From Raillietiella orientalis (lineage: Eukaryota): 64,000 nucleotides of DNA. Location: assembly GCA_036172245.1 (NCBI GenBank), contig JAYWIR010000011.1, forward strand, positions 3,782,001 to 3,846,000, given 5' to 3'. Made by a program: the position numbers and the translations under genes. How positions within the stretch are numbered: position 1 is the stretch's first letter; each line of letters begins with the position of its first letter. The notes below the pieces were generated by a model that had not been told where the DNA came from, did no database searches, and saw only the letters and a list, made by a program, of their open reading frames with translations. Below are positions 23,656 through 35,500 of the stretch, piece after piece.

Positions 23656-26541
23656 ACTGCCACCCGGTCACGCCGGGGCATTTATTGCTAACCACTGTGC
23701 ATTTGCGGTACTAAGCCCCGCCACGGCCAATGGATCGTGGGGCCTGCCGGGAAGCCGGTACGCAGACCGGCTTGACTCTCCTCGGCAGCGGAGGGGATGG
23801 GGGAGAAAACAAAAATAAAAATAAAAAGGAAAACATAAAAAAGGAACACCTGGGTGGGCTGGGAAGGGATCACTGTCCTCTGGAGGAAGAGACCATCCTT
23901 TCCAGGATGTCCTTGAGGTCCCTCTGCATAGCTCCCAGATGGGACTATCCGATCACGATTCGCAGGTGGCGACCCGCGTGTACGATGGCGTCCTTATCGC
24001 TGCTTCCTCTATTGGCTGCGCTCCACGCAGCCACAATCCCTCATAGGCAGCAGAGCGCTGCCAGGGCTGAGGCTGGTTGCAGGGCGTCCCGCACGAAGAG
24101 GAGAGGTACAACGTCTCTGGGGGGACTGCACACCAGCATCCAGAGGTCGTAGCAAAACGTTCCCACAAGGGCCGGAGGGCAGCACTGTCCACTAACAGGT
24201 TGGGGAGCGATTCGTTCTCCCCTCACACTGCACAGTTCTGTCCCACGTTCCCCAATGTCCAGTGGTGACGGCGCACGTTGCAGGAAAGACCCCAGTGCAG
24301 CAGCAGCAGCGCCGATTCCTGCCACTTGAGGGGGAGAGTAGACGTGTCTGTAAATACCGGGGACCACTTTAGGTCATCCAGCGGATGCCCAGCAGCTCGC
24401 CCCATCTCTGAAGTGCTCGCGGGAAGACACTCGGGGTTGCTGCGTCAGCAAGTTCCCTCATGGTTCAGCCTCTTAACAGCTTCTCCTTGCCCGCTATCCG
24501 GCAGGAGACTTGCCACCTCGGCTTCCGGCTGTTCTGAAGGAAGAGCAGCGCCGTGGCCAGTGGGGTCGTCTCCGCCCAAGTGCTTCTGGCAGGACACACG
24601 ATCATGTTCCACAGCGTGCAGCGGGTGTAGATGCCGGGACGCAGGCGGTTGCAGGATTCTCCACTGAGGTCGTTTAACTTTGCCCACGTTCCAACTGTTT
24701 CTTCCAGCCATGCGCTGGAGTTGGCAGGGCTGCAGGCCATTCAGCCGTTCTCCTTGGCCAGGGTGGCCATGCGCCCCAGGAGAAGGCCGCATCTTCTTAT
24801 TTTCCGGCCGGGGCACAAAAAGAGAGGAAAAGAGGAGAGCCCTCCCGCTCTGGATACACGTTTGGCGAGGAGGCGGTCCGGATCGCACCAATGGGTGCTC
24901 CAGTACTCCGCCGCGATGGCCAAGGTTCGCCATCGCAGCTGATTTTCCATCGGCTACAGCGTCAGGAGGCCGAGGCCGCCATCCCGACGTGGAACGCACA
25001 AGTCTTGAAAGAGGCACATGGGGCCTCCAGTTGCCCCAAAGGGCAATTCGCAGGAGGCCCTTCGTCCTCTTCCTCAACTCTCGGGGTACGGGGCAAAAAA
25101 AAAACAGGGGGCGAAGGAGGGGTGCCGCAACGCGTTCCACACCGCGGTCCGTTCCGGCAAGTCAAACTTGCCTTCCAGGAACGGGCCGATAGCTGACTCC
25201 ACTTTCTGGAGACGACCTGACCAGGCTTCTGACTGGCAGAAGTCCCCCAACGGAATACCAAGGTACTTTAAGTACCTCTCCTTGGGATCCCCAGGCGGAT
25301 CCAGTCAGCTCGTTCTGCCCACTTTGCACCAACCGCTACTACCGACGACTTCGTCCTGTTCACCCGTAGTCCTGTCCAGTGGCTCAGCAGGTCGAAAAAA
25401 TTCTCGACTGCGGAAGCCGGGGCGGACTTGGGCAGCCGGAGCAGATCGTCAGCATACGCAGACACGACCGGCGTACCGGCACGAGTCCGGCAAGGCAGCC
25501 AAAGTCGCCCTGTATGCTCTCAGTACCAGTTCGAAATAGGTGCTAAAGAGCAGGAGACTCAGACTGTGGCCCTGCCTGATCCCGCGGCGCACCGGCACGC
25601 CGAACACGTTTTGTCCTCTGAAAGAAACGGTGATTATCGCATTGCGCCAGCAGGAGCGCAGGTAGGCCCTTAAGGCGGCCGGGAAACCCATGCTATCCAG
25701 GAGCTCCACAAGGAGTTGCTGGTCCACGCAATCGAATGCTTTATGCAGATCGACTGCGATCGCTAGAGCCCCTTCCCTTCCCTTACTTGCTCCGCTGACG
25801 CCCCCAAATCATGGTTGCCGACAACCATGTGCTGGCGTTTCGTTTTCCCTTATTCTCTTCCCTTTGTACATGGAACTATGTGCTTGCGAGGAACAGGTTC
25901 GCTTCCGTGCTTCTCCTGGTAACAGCGTCAGTATGTTCCGAGCTGATGAAGCTGTCCGCTACCTGTCCCAGACACGCAGCCCACAGTCCAGCCAGCAACT
26001 TGGCGTCCGTGTTCACAATCGTGATCGGACGCCAGTTACTTAATTTACGGAGGACTCCTCCCTTAGGAAGGAGCCTCACTCTGGCTGACCGAAACGAGGC
26101 GGGAACATCGCCTTGGTCTCGGATCAGCCGTGTCAACTCGAGCACCAGGGGGTCAGCTCTGCGGCGAAGCACTGAAAAAACTCTGCTAGCAGGCCGTCCT
26201 CCCCTGGCGCCTTACGCCTCTTGAGCCTTTTAATCGTGCTGATGATTTCACAGGTCGTAAAAGGCTTGTCGAGGCTTTCTTTCTCCTCCTCCCCTATTCC
26301 GGGCCTCCATCTGGAAGCAGGAGCTGAGAGGCGTCCCACTCCGCAGGTGCTTCGGCGTAAAGGGAGGAATAAAATTCCCACACGGGGTAACGTATCGATG
26401 CCAGGTCCGAGTGTTCCTGGTCCAAGTCGTCCAGCACGCTGGGCGGCCCGGATTTCCAGGCTTGACGCTCGGTCTCGGCTCTGTACTCGGTCAAGCGACG
26501 GACGTTAGGGGTCCTCTGGTAACGACGGGAGTGCAAATACG

Positions 26542-26964
26542 CCCTTTCGTTGCGGGCCCCTTCACCACATCCGGGGCATCGTGGCGGCCTGGAGCGACAT
26601 TTGCGACGAAGGAGTGGATGCCAACGAGAGGGAAGTCATCCCGTATGCTGTGAGCTTCATGCGAAGAGCTGCGAGATGACCCCATCTGGGACAAACGCAG
26701 AAGGACCTAGAGGGCATCCTGCGAAGGATGGGCCCTCCTCCTAGTGGATAGTGATCCCTTCCCCTCCCTCCAAACTCCTTTTGTTTTTCTTTATTTTATT
26801 TTTTTTTGTTTTCTCCCAAACTCCCCTCCACTGCCGAGGAGCGTCACGCCGGGCTGCGTCCCGGCGTCCCGGCAGGTCCGGTGTTGTGCGGCCGTTAGTG
26901 GGGCCTCGTACCACGTTTTTGTAGACTTTCAATGAACGCCCCGGGCGTACCCGGGTGGCAACAC
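26542..26964 (+). mobile_element. 5'-truncated LINE element C nested in B
   Basis: GIVAAWS...HLGQTQKDLEGILRRM matches the C-terminus of B, with the same 3'-UTR. Near-perfect TSD caaat(a/c)cg at 26534-26541 and 26965-26972; removing C restores B frame HRLPPDL-HSRRYQ. Confidence 0.9.
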
Positions 26965-27266
26965 CAAATCCGGGGGCAGGCGGTGCATGGGGAACTCCTC
27001 GAAAAACTTGCGTACGTTTGTATCAGCCAGCCAGTCGCGCTTCGGGGTTTCGAGGAACCGGGAACGTTCCCCGTACCCGCATCCACCGCTCGGAGCGCAC
27101 ACGTTTGTAGCGACAAGGTCGATCGAGTTGGACCACCTGAGGATCAACTGGCCAACCCGACTGTCCTTGTCAAAGCGTACACCCCTGACTGCGGCGTCGA
27201 CTGCTGGCTTCACAAAAAACGCGACGCCACAGGTGTTGCGAGCGCCGCATTGCCAATACAACCGAC

Positions 27267-28143
27267 AGATATGACTGCTGCGAACTGGCGAGATGGGAGG
27301 TCGCCTGCACCATCGCAGGAGCAGCTCGACCCATAGGCGGCTGGAGGACTTGCGAGCTGGCAGACGCCGCCACGCCTCGCCACATCCCGAAGGGACTCCT
27401 TCGGTGGAGTGAACACTTGAGTGTGCCCCCCGAAGAACTTGTGGTCCCTCCCTCCTGTTGGAACACTTCTGTGTTCTCCCTTTCGTGGAAGCAGGACGTC
27501 ATCATGCTGGTGCATTGAAGTTTTCACCCCAACCAGCGGACGAACCGTGTTTCCGGGGGAGTTGTCTCCCCGAACTGTAAGCGGTGCGGGGAAGTGGAAA
27601 TGCTCCCGCACCTGCTCCTGGACTGCGGTGTTCTCCTAGGACTGTGGCGGAGGCTGGCCTCAGCTCTCCTGCACCAGGGGGACACCGCGAGAGATTTGAT
27701 GCGCCGCTTCTTCACGCCAGGCGGCCTGTCTTTAGGTGCTGTCGTTGCAACGGTCTGTTGCACCCGCGCCATCGACAAGGCCCACCAAGAGTTGGAGAAG
27801 CTGGCCATCCTTCGTCAGCCCACCGGATTAGCCAGCGCGAACATGTCGTCGGCTGCCGAGTGGGCCCATCTTCCAGAGGGCGTTAGGAGAGAGATCGCCG
27901 GCATCCATCGCCGGTCCTGAAAGGAAGGAACGGCCTTACCAAAGACCCCTGTCCCCTGCCTTCCATATCTTTATTTATATTTTTTATACTAGTGTATTTG
28001 TGGTCCCCTCCCTCCCTTTCCGGACTTTCGGTTTACCGACCTGCGTTTCGGGGATCCCCCCCCTTCGTTTCTTCTGTCCTTTGTCCGGGAACTCTGCTCC
28101 TGGATAGCTTAGGAATAAACGCCCCGGCGCACCCGGGTGAGAA
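27267..28143 (+). mobile_element. 5'-truncated LINE element D nested in B
   Basis: WEVACTIAGAARPIGGWRTCELADAA; CCHC finger NCKRCGEVEMLPHLLLDC; AATAAA plus stem-loop at 28114-28140. Perfect 9-bp TSD acaaccgac at 27258-27266 and 28144-28152. Confidence 0.92.
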
Positions 28144-28252
28144 ACAACCGACTTGGGGACAGCGGCGATCCCACACACTACACAAAACCAACAAAAAGCT
28201 TCCCACCGACCAGTCCGCGGAGCGATGAGAAAACACGTCAGCTCGCTAGAAG

Positions 28253-28850
28253 GACCCGGGGGAGTGGATGCCCAAAGTGCAGCAGGTGGGGATAAAGAGA
28301 GTCTCTCCCGCACCTGCTCAAGGATCATATTGCCCTCCGCCCTTTGTGGCAGCGCTTTGCCGCGTCCCTGCGGAACCCCGAGGGCAACCCCAGAGACATC
28401 CTGAAGCGCCTCTTCCTGAGCGACGCCCTCACGCCGGCCGCATCCCCAGCAGCATTCCGCTGCCTACGTGGGATCGTGACTCCAGAGGAGGCCAGGACGG
28501 CAGAGGCGCCATCCATTTTGCTGTCTTCTTCGTGAGAATAGCGTCAAGATGGCTCCGAAGTCTTGAAACAGGAACTTGCCAGCATCCTTCCTTACAAGGA
28601 TGCAGATGACGCCCTCCAGCACACGTTGATCCCTTCCCAAACCTTCCCAATTTTTTAGTATACATTTTTTGTTTTATTTTTCTTTTTTTGCTGTTTCCCT
28701 CCGCCTGTGCCGCCGAGGCGAACCTCTCCGGCCTGAGCGCCGGTTCTCGGCAGGTCCCTTTTGTAACGTGGCAGGACCAAGCGTGCTGACTTGCATGTTC
28801 ACTTTTTATATAAATAAATGCCCCGGTGCAACCGGATATCTAACCCACAA
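28253..28850 (+). mobile_element. LINE element A, 3' half
   Basis: GVDAQSAAGGDKESL/PHLLKDHIALRPLWQRFAASLRNPEGNPRDILKRLFL; 3'-UTR tgatcccttccc, AATAAA plus stem-loop at 28813-28838. It starts where the 23340-23655 fragment stops (ggacccagag / ggacccgggg). Confidence 0.85.
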
Positions 28851-30549
28851 ATGCTCACAATAGTCTTCAAGCCTGCTATGCATCCTGACCTGTGCACACC
28901 ACCGTGGAGCTGGTTCGTTGGTGTCTGTCAAGGGTTGTCGTCGCCACGGTGCACAGAACGAAGCATGGCAGTGAGGCATCTCGTTGTCCCCTTAACGACT
29001 CCGAACAAAGGGCAAGATCACAGTTCGTTGCCCAAGGTCTTAGGTGAAGAAATGTCATACTGTTCGAAATGTCTCGAAGAGAAAATTCAAGAAACTTCGA
29101 GAACCAGTAGCCTTCAGACACTAGGGCATCGGATTGAAATCCTCAGGCACCGTACTTTGAGAAGCTGCAAATTTTCATGGTCCAAAAAAACACAAAAGAA
29201 AAACGGGCTCAGAGGAAGCAATCAATCAAAACCATAGAAAAAGTTCAACCGTAAGAGAACATATGTTGCTTTTTCATCCACTGTCGTTGCCAATTGCCTG
29301 CTTCTTTGAAATCCGGCACTTCATTGGAAAATTTGTAGAGTTGCGAGGTCAGCTGCTTGAAGACACGTCAAATGGTCACCTGGAATCTATCCAGTGCGTC
29401 AAACCGTATGCGCAGAGTATGTGCAGCACACATCACAAGCAGGGAATGTTCGGGTTAAATGTGATACCAACGCTGCGTGAACACGTCAGTGCCGGCATCC
29501 ACCACGGGAATGGTGGAATTCAAGCTCAGCAAGCCCAAATGCACAGCGAGGTGTACCAGCAAGAAGGTTCGCGAGTACCTTCTTGCTTCTTCACATACTG
29601 ACATGTGAAAGAGGATCACACACTTCGGGGAAACCCGATCAGGATCCTGCAATCAGGATTGCCGGCGAGAAAGGGGTTTGACAACTTCAGGGGAATGAGC
29701 TGATGCATCTCTGGCTGGAGTAGGACAAGCAGTGGAATCGATACAAGCAGAGTAAGAAACTGCTCGCGTGTCACTCATATAGGTGACAAAGACTCAAAGG
29801 AGCTGGAAACTGACATAAGGGACAATATGGCATCTCCTCGGGACTCCTTCGCGTCAAGAGGCCACTACATGCTCTGCCAGACGGAAGAAGGGGGGAAATG
29901 GAAACAGAGAAATGGGATGACAGACATTAATGCGAGTGCATTAAAATGTCACCTCAAGGTCAAATGCACTTTTTCAAGTTTATTTTTCGTCGTGGGGACG
30001 GGTGGAACTCCCTAACGTGAAATAGGGAGAGCCGGACTATGCCACATGGGATAATCCGTTCATCCCGATGGCGGGTCCACAGAATCGATGTCCGCTTTGC
30101 GAGCGGCACTACATGCCATGCTAAGCTGCAGTCCAATGAAAGAGGAGAAGGAAGAAGGCCGCACTGCAAAGCAGATCCAACGAAGGAGTTTGGGAGAAAA
30201 TGGGCAAACATAGGGTCCAGCGACTCAGCTCACGAGTAGAAAGAACGCAGAAAACATGAAATTGATCTAGGATCCCTCTATGACCAATGACAAGAACTGA
30301 AGAGCTTTCGGAGGGTAGAGAATGGGAAATCAGACTTGAAACATCTCTCACATTAAAACGGTCGAAGTGGAAGGAAAAGCAAAGAAACCAAGGAAGAGGT
30401 GCGTAGCTTTCTCACCGGTTCGTAGATGAAAGAATGAGATTTCAGACAGTGAATCATCTAGATGATTCCAATTGATCTGATAAGATGAAAAAGTCCGTGG
30501 CATTGGGAGAATAAAACCACTCAGTATGATTCCAGTAAGGAGGAGATGG

Positions 30550-32550
30550 AGCTGGCGAATCACAGCAAAACACAGAGTCTCGATCAAGGATAAGAAATGA
30601 GGGCAATTCTGACGCGAGCTGCAAGATTCCCGTTGAAAAGGTGAAGGATCATCTTGTGCGAACAGAGGAAAATGAGTAATCAACAACATTTCGGCACTGG
30701 AAAACATCAGAACAGAAAGGAACAACCCAGTAAGATCTTTCACCATTGAAGGCAGGGAAGGTGACCTTGGAAAGTTGGAAAAGTCCTCCTGAAGCTGCAA
30801 GTCGGTGGATTCACAGGCAGAAACATGAACGAGAGTCCTCAACACATGCCTCACCCTGGAGAGGACGCCAACACTTTGGAAGCACTTGTTCCCCAAGTCA
30901 TGGGAGTAGGAAAGAACAGAACCTAGTTCAAGAGCATTTGTCGTCTATTTGAAAACTGCATTTCTATGTGGTTTCAAAAATGGATCGTCTTGATCTTCGA
31001 GAATGGCTCATAAGCATATCACCTGCCCTCAGCAGAGGAGATTCTTCTCGTATGACGCAGTCGTGGAAGGAAATCGCACAGAAAAAACTGATGTGCCGAA
31101 GCAGAAAGATCTCTGGATTTACCTGTTGCATTCAGGGAGCTCGAGAGGAATCAGGGAAAAACCACCTTCAGGGTTGGCGGAAGTGACCTTTCGGTACTCG
31201 ACTTTAATGAGGCGTGCAGATACCTGGGAAAACCATTTGACTTGAAACTGGTTTCATCTGAGCTCACTAAACAGCAAATTCTTGCACTAAATAATGGATT
31301 TAATAGCCACAATTCATTATGGGGTTGTCCTGAATCTTGGTTCCACGGAAGTCTTTTTCTTTGATAGTTTGGTGCAATCCCGGCGCCTGGGGATCTCCAA
31401 GAAAACCATGTGGACGTTCTTTAACAGCAGCCAGAGAATCAGGAAATCAACAGTAAAAGTATCGACCTGCCATAAAGGACAGCAAACGAATGTGTCCATA
31501 GTTCGAATCAGGGAGATCCCTCGGCTTGCCCATTTTATGCGAAGAGGTTGATTACCAGCCTCTCCAGGCTTGAAAGTACATGATTTATTTTCAGATGTGG
31601 TACAGACAATGGCAAAAAGTATGAAAGCATCACCAGAAGTGAGGATGTGGTTGAATTTATGTCCACAGTGTCGCTGCAAGGTGGTACAACCCCAGGAGCG
31701 ATCCGCGAATTATCGGGACTAAGGGGAAAAATTAAGGCGCAGTGGAGGTTCCAAAAAAAAAGCGTTTCAAATGCCCTCGAGGAGTTCACGGTAGACGTGC
31801 TTGTAAGGAAGTGAAGCAACTGGTACGTCTGAGGAGAATCCTTCTCAGAACTTCGTGGACATCGCTCATCGAAGAGCACCTTGAATCAAGAGAATGCCAT
31901 GGCCTTCGTTGCCTGTGTTCGTCTGCACCGCCCTCAGGTTCATTGTCTGCACACCGGCGAACACCGTAGTCTTGCAGACTAAAGCTTCATTTATACGCGA
32001 AACTGAACTTCCTGTTAGTGAGGCCACCAATAGCGAGTCTACTGGCCATGCACAGGGAATGGCATATGACAGTGGCAGAGTGCCTTAAGAATGGACTCAT
32101 CGGATGTATCATAATCAAAGCATGGAGAACAAAAGGAATCGAATTTCAGATAAGCAGATCGAAGAACACAAACGGAAAGTGGTAGCTGGCAGCTGCCAAC
32201 TAGAGGATTCAGAAGAAACTCTTAACTAAGATATGGTGCTTATCCTGGATGTCCGTTGCTCTTATGAGGACTCCTCAACAGCATTGGAAAAGACAAAGCG
32301 GGAAAAGGAGAGCAAATATCGGGAGCTTACTCTTCGCTTTGTATCCAAGGAAATACGTGAAACAGTATCCTTACATAGTAGCAGGATTGATAGTTGGATT
32401 GCTGAAATTTCCGGATCCAGTCAGTGTCGAAAGACAGAGAATTGAAAATTCCCAAGTGAGAGGATCACGTCAAGAAAGAGATGATGTTATCAAAAACGCA
32501 GTGTTGTCGTGGTTATATTGAAACTGTGGATTCCATCATCGTTCATATAG
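30550..32550 (+). mobile_element. Decayed RLE-type non-LTR retrotransposon (NeSL/Utopia-like)
   Basis: Across frameshifts: CKIPVEKVKDHL, RVLNTCL..PTLWK..FPK, PQQRRFFSYD, LDLPVAF, EACRYLGKPF (~31215-31240), DLP*RTANECVH, NQENAMAFVA..TGEHRSLAD*SFI (cf. NQGK..G.YTRFADWRFIH), restriction-like endonuclease ILDVRCSYED..ALEKTKREKESKYREL (32240-32330). The RT core, including YADD, appears deleted. Confidence 0.75.
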
Positions 32551-35500
32551 GGAAAGCCTTCTGAAATGCAAAGGTAGAAAGATGAAGAGGAGACAAACTT
32601 GTGGAAATGCTCTGTGCCGTTCCCTGCGCTCGACGAAGGTCAGCTGCGGTTGGACTGGCTATTTTCGAAGGTCTCAAGTCTTTGTTTCCGGGCATCTCAT
32701 CAAGCTGTTTGGGAATTTGGAGGGCAGTTCTTCGTGGTAAGCAAGTTGTCTTGTGAGCCGAGAAGAGAGCTCTGTAGCGTCTCATTGTCTTGCCTCCTCT
32801 GAAGCCAGCTTGCTTCTGTTGGCATGCATGTGTGCCGGCATGTGACCATGCAGTGGGCACGCGGAGGGCTGCCACCTCTGGCTGCCCTATGGATTCTGGG
32901 ATGCGGTTTCTGACAAACGGCGGCTGAGGCGCCTTACTCGGCCGGAATGAAAGCGCGGCTCCCCGTCCGAACTCCTCTCGAGAAGGGGTCGAAGCACCAG
33001 GAGCCAGCGACCTCAATATGGATTCACCGTGACTCCACACGAGAAGGAAGGACGGCGAGCAGGACATTTGGATGGTGAAAATAGTAAAGATCGTTACCCC
33101 CTTGATTCCATGTGATTGTTTCTTCCACTCCAGAGCTTCGAAGAAATCTTCCTTAGGATCACCTTCTTTCGAAATGGACTCTATAAACTTGATACACGTC
33201 TGGAGACGATGGATTCATGTGCAGGAAGCAGCAAAACCCTGCAATCTGACATCATTCCCTGATCTCTGGTCGATTCCCTAATGCAGTTCCAGCTTTTTGG
33301 AAGTCCAGGGTTCTGGAATGAGCCGGATGGAGGAGATGCTTGAAATATGGCGCTTTGGCGACACATCACCACCTTCACTTGAAGTGATGGCATCTGTAAT
33401 GCTTCTGTGCCCAGCACAGAATCCAAGCTCTTGGATTCCTCGTACCTCTAAAACAGAATTACGCAGCCCGAGGTTTTTTTCACTTTTTAGATTTCTCCCA
33501 CGCGTCTCTGTGCTACCTTGATATCCTATCTCACAGGACTCAAGAAAGTCTGATTCTTTTGCTCCCTGGTTGCAGCCGGAGGACAAAGAAAACCTCGAAA
33601 GTTGTCTTTTAACCTTTCGTCGTCTCACCAAGAGTGCCTTAAAGTGAACAGCCTAAAGGGCAAATGAGGAAGGCTCTAGAATGCACTTGCTAAGAGTTCA
33701 AGGTTATTCCTATTCCTCTTTGGTTTTGTTGGAATGAGAGCAAATTACACCTCCAGTCCTGGATGCCAGTATCTGCTGATCCTGCTGATCCAGAGAACTC
33801 ATCTTCTTTAGTAGCAAACTATGAAACTCTCCCGTATTCTGTATTTGCAGAGGACGTTCCAGGATTGAATCCTTTCGGCCTTACGAGAGAACAAATGCAC
33901 TCTTTCAGCTTCCCTTCACAACTCTGTCAGTCTCCTGATGGACAGGTGCTAACGAAGAATCAAAGGGATCACCACGAAGATGCTATTGCACTTCTGTGTT
34001 GTGGAGAGTCTGAATTTCCTCTCTTGAGCAAAGGTGCTTTGCTTCTCTTCTCGGATCCTAGCCCAATTAGCAAGAGCAAGAATGCAGGAAAGACCAATCC
34101 TCTGGCAGACGGGAGCTGGAAGAGTTTCGTTCTGCACCTGGACTTATGAACTGAGTGCAGGCCCCATTCCAGTGCCGCTCCCGAAAGCGTAAGTCGACCA
34201 GCTTCCTGCGATAAGACTCGAAAGCCACGACGCATCCATTCCCGGCGTCGGGATGTTCTCCACGGGGATGTTCGAACCCTCAACTCTTGGCTACTGGCAC
34301 GGAAGAGCCAGCCACACCGTTACCAACGCAGGCTGAGTAGGAAGTGAACTCCTCAAATAATCACCCCGGTTTGGGTCTCGGTGAACGGAGACCAAAATGT
34401 AGAAACTTTCTAGGAAGAAAAAAGAAAAAAGCGGAGAATCCGAGCTGGATGAAGAGAGAGCAGCAGCACTGTTTACACTGTGTGCCAGTCTGAATGTGAT
34501 GAATGCAGGAAACTCCCGTATTCCAAGGGCAGGTCTCGCCTTCGTTTCAGATCTTACTATTCAAGGCGGCCCTCTAAACTTGTAATTGGCTCCCCGCATG
34601 TTTTTTTTCTTTGTCTGGAATCCTGACGACACTTCATAAAATGCATCAGAGAGGAGGCGCTTCTTCATTCGGTAGTTTTGCATTGCACCCTTCTCAAATG
34701 GTGCAAGACGGCGCCAGCCGGCATCTGCGTTCCGTCATGTCTGCTTAGCATTTTCCATACACAAGTCGATTGGTTTCGATGGTCAAATTGCGCTCAAAAA
34801 TTCCTCCCTTAGAAAGTCAAGGAGCGCTCATTTGGTTCTCGAAATCCACGCTCTCAAAATGCAGATGTCTTGCGGGGCACGATCGAAATTCGGAGCTCCC
34901 TCAGTGATCACAGTGAACCCATTCAACGAGATTGCAGAGGTCGAGTCGCGCAGGCAACCTCAGATACCACTCGCATTCGTGCTGTTGGTGATATTTTCCC
35001 TGATGAGCGCGATGGTGGCAATTGGCTTATCTTTGGAGTCTATATTCATCTATCTCATTCCACAGTCTTCGTGGGGAACATCCACCTCCACCTTACAAGT
35101 TTCCGCTGTAGGTCATTCGATTCATCGTGCAGTGTGCGTGGCTGGTGTAGTTTAGCCCCTTTTTAAGTGTTTCAAGAGAAAGGATCAGTGGACTCATGTC
35201 CCAACTCTTCACATAACTGGGCGTATCCAAAGAACGTGCCGTGGAGTGTTTGCCAAAGAACGATATTCTCAGAGCATCAAATTACCTGATTGGAGAGACA
35301 GCATATCCGTCGCAAGATGTTTGGTAGGTTGATTCTGCTGCTGTTGCCATTCCTTCCGCGATCCATAGGGCATCCCTATTGCAGATCGTTCGCAATACCA
35401 GCTGTTTCAACCTGTAGGCTGAGGACAAGAGTGCCAGTAGGCTTGGAGACGAAACTTGAAAGCTGTGAATGAATTGCATTGATCCATAACAGCTCTTGGA

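Larger units (their letters stand above)
23658..28252 (-). mobile_element. L1/Tx1-like LINE element B (APE endonuclease, RT, CCHC finger, 3'-UTR), inactivated and carrying nested insertions
   Basis: EN: CGVAFFVKP..NVCAP (27240-27090). RT: KAPGEDGLLAEFF, LLPKG..NWRPITIVNTDAKLLA, DLHKAFDCVD, GIRQGHSLSLLLF, YADD (~25450), YLKYLGIP. C-terminus LPLKWQESALLLLHWGL...NCAV*GENESL. Pyrimidine-rich 3'-UTR, AATAAA and terminal stem-loop at 23658-23686. Confidence 0.95.
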
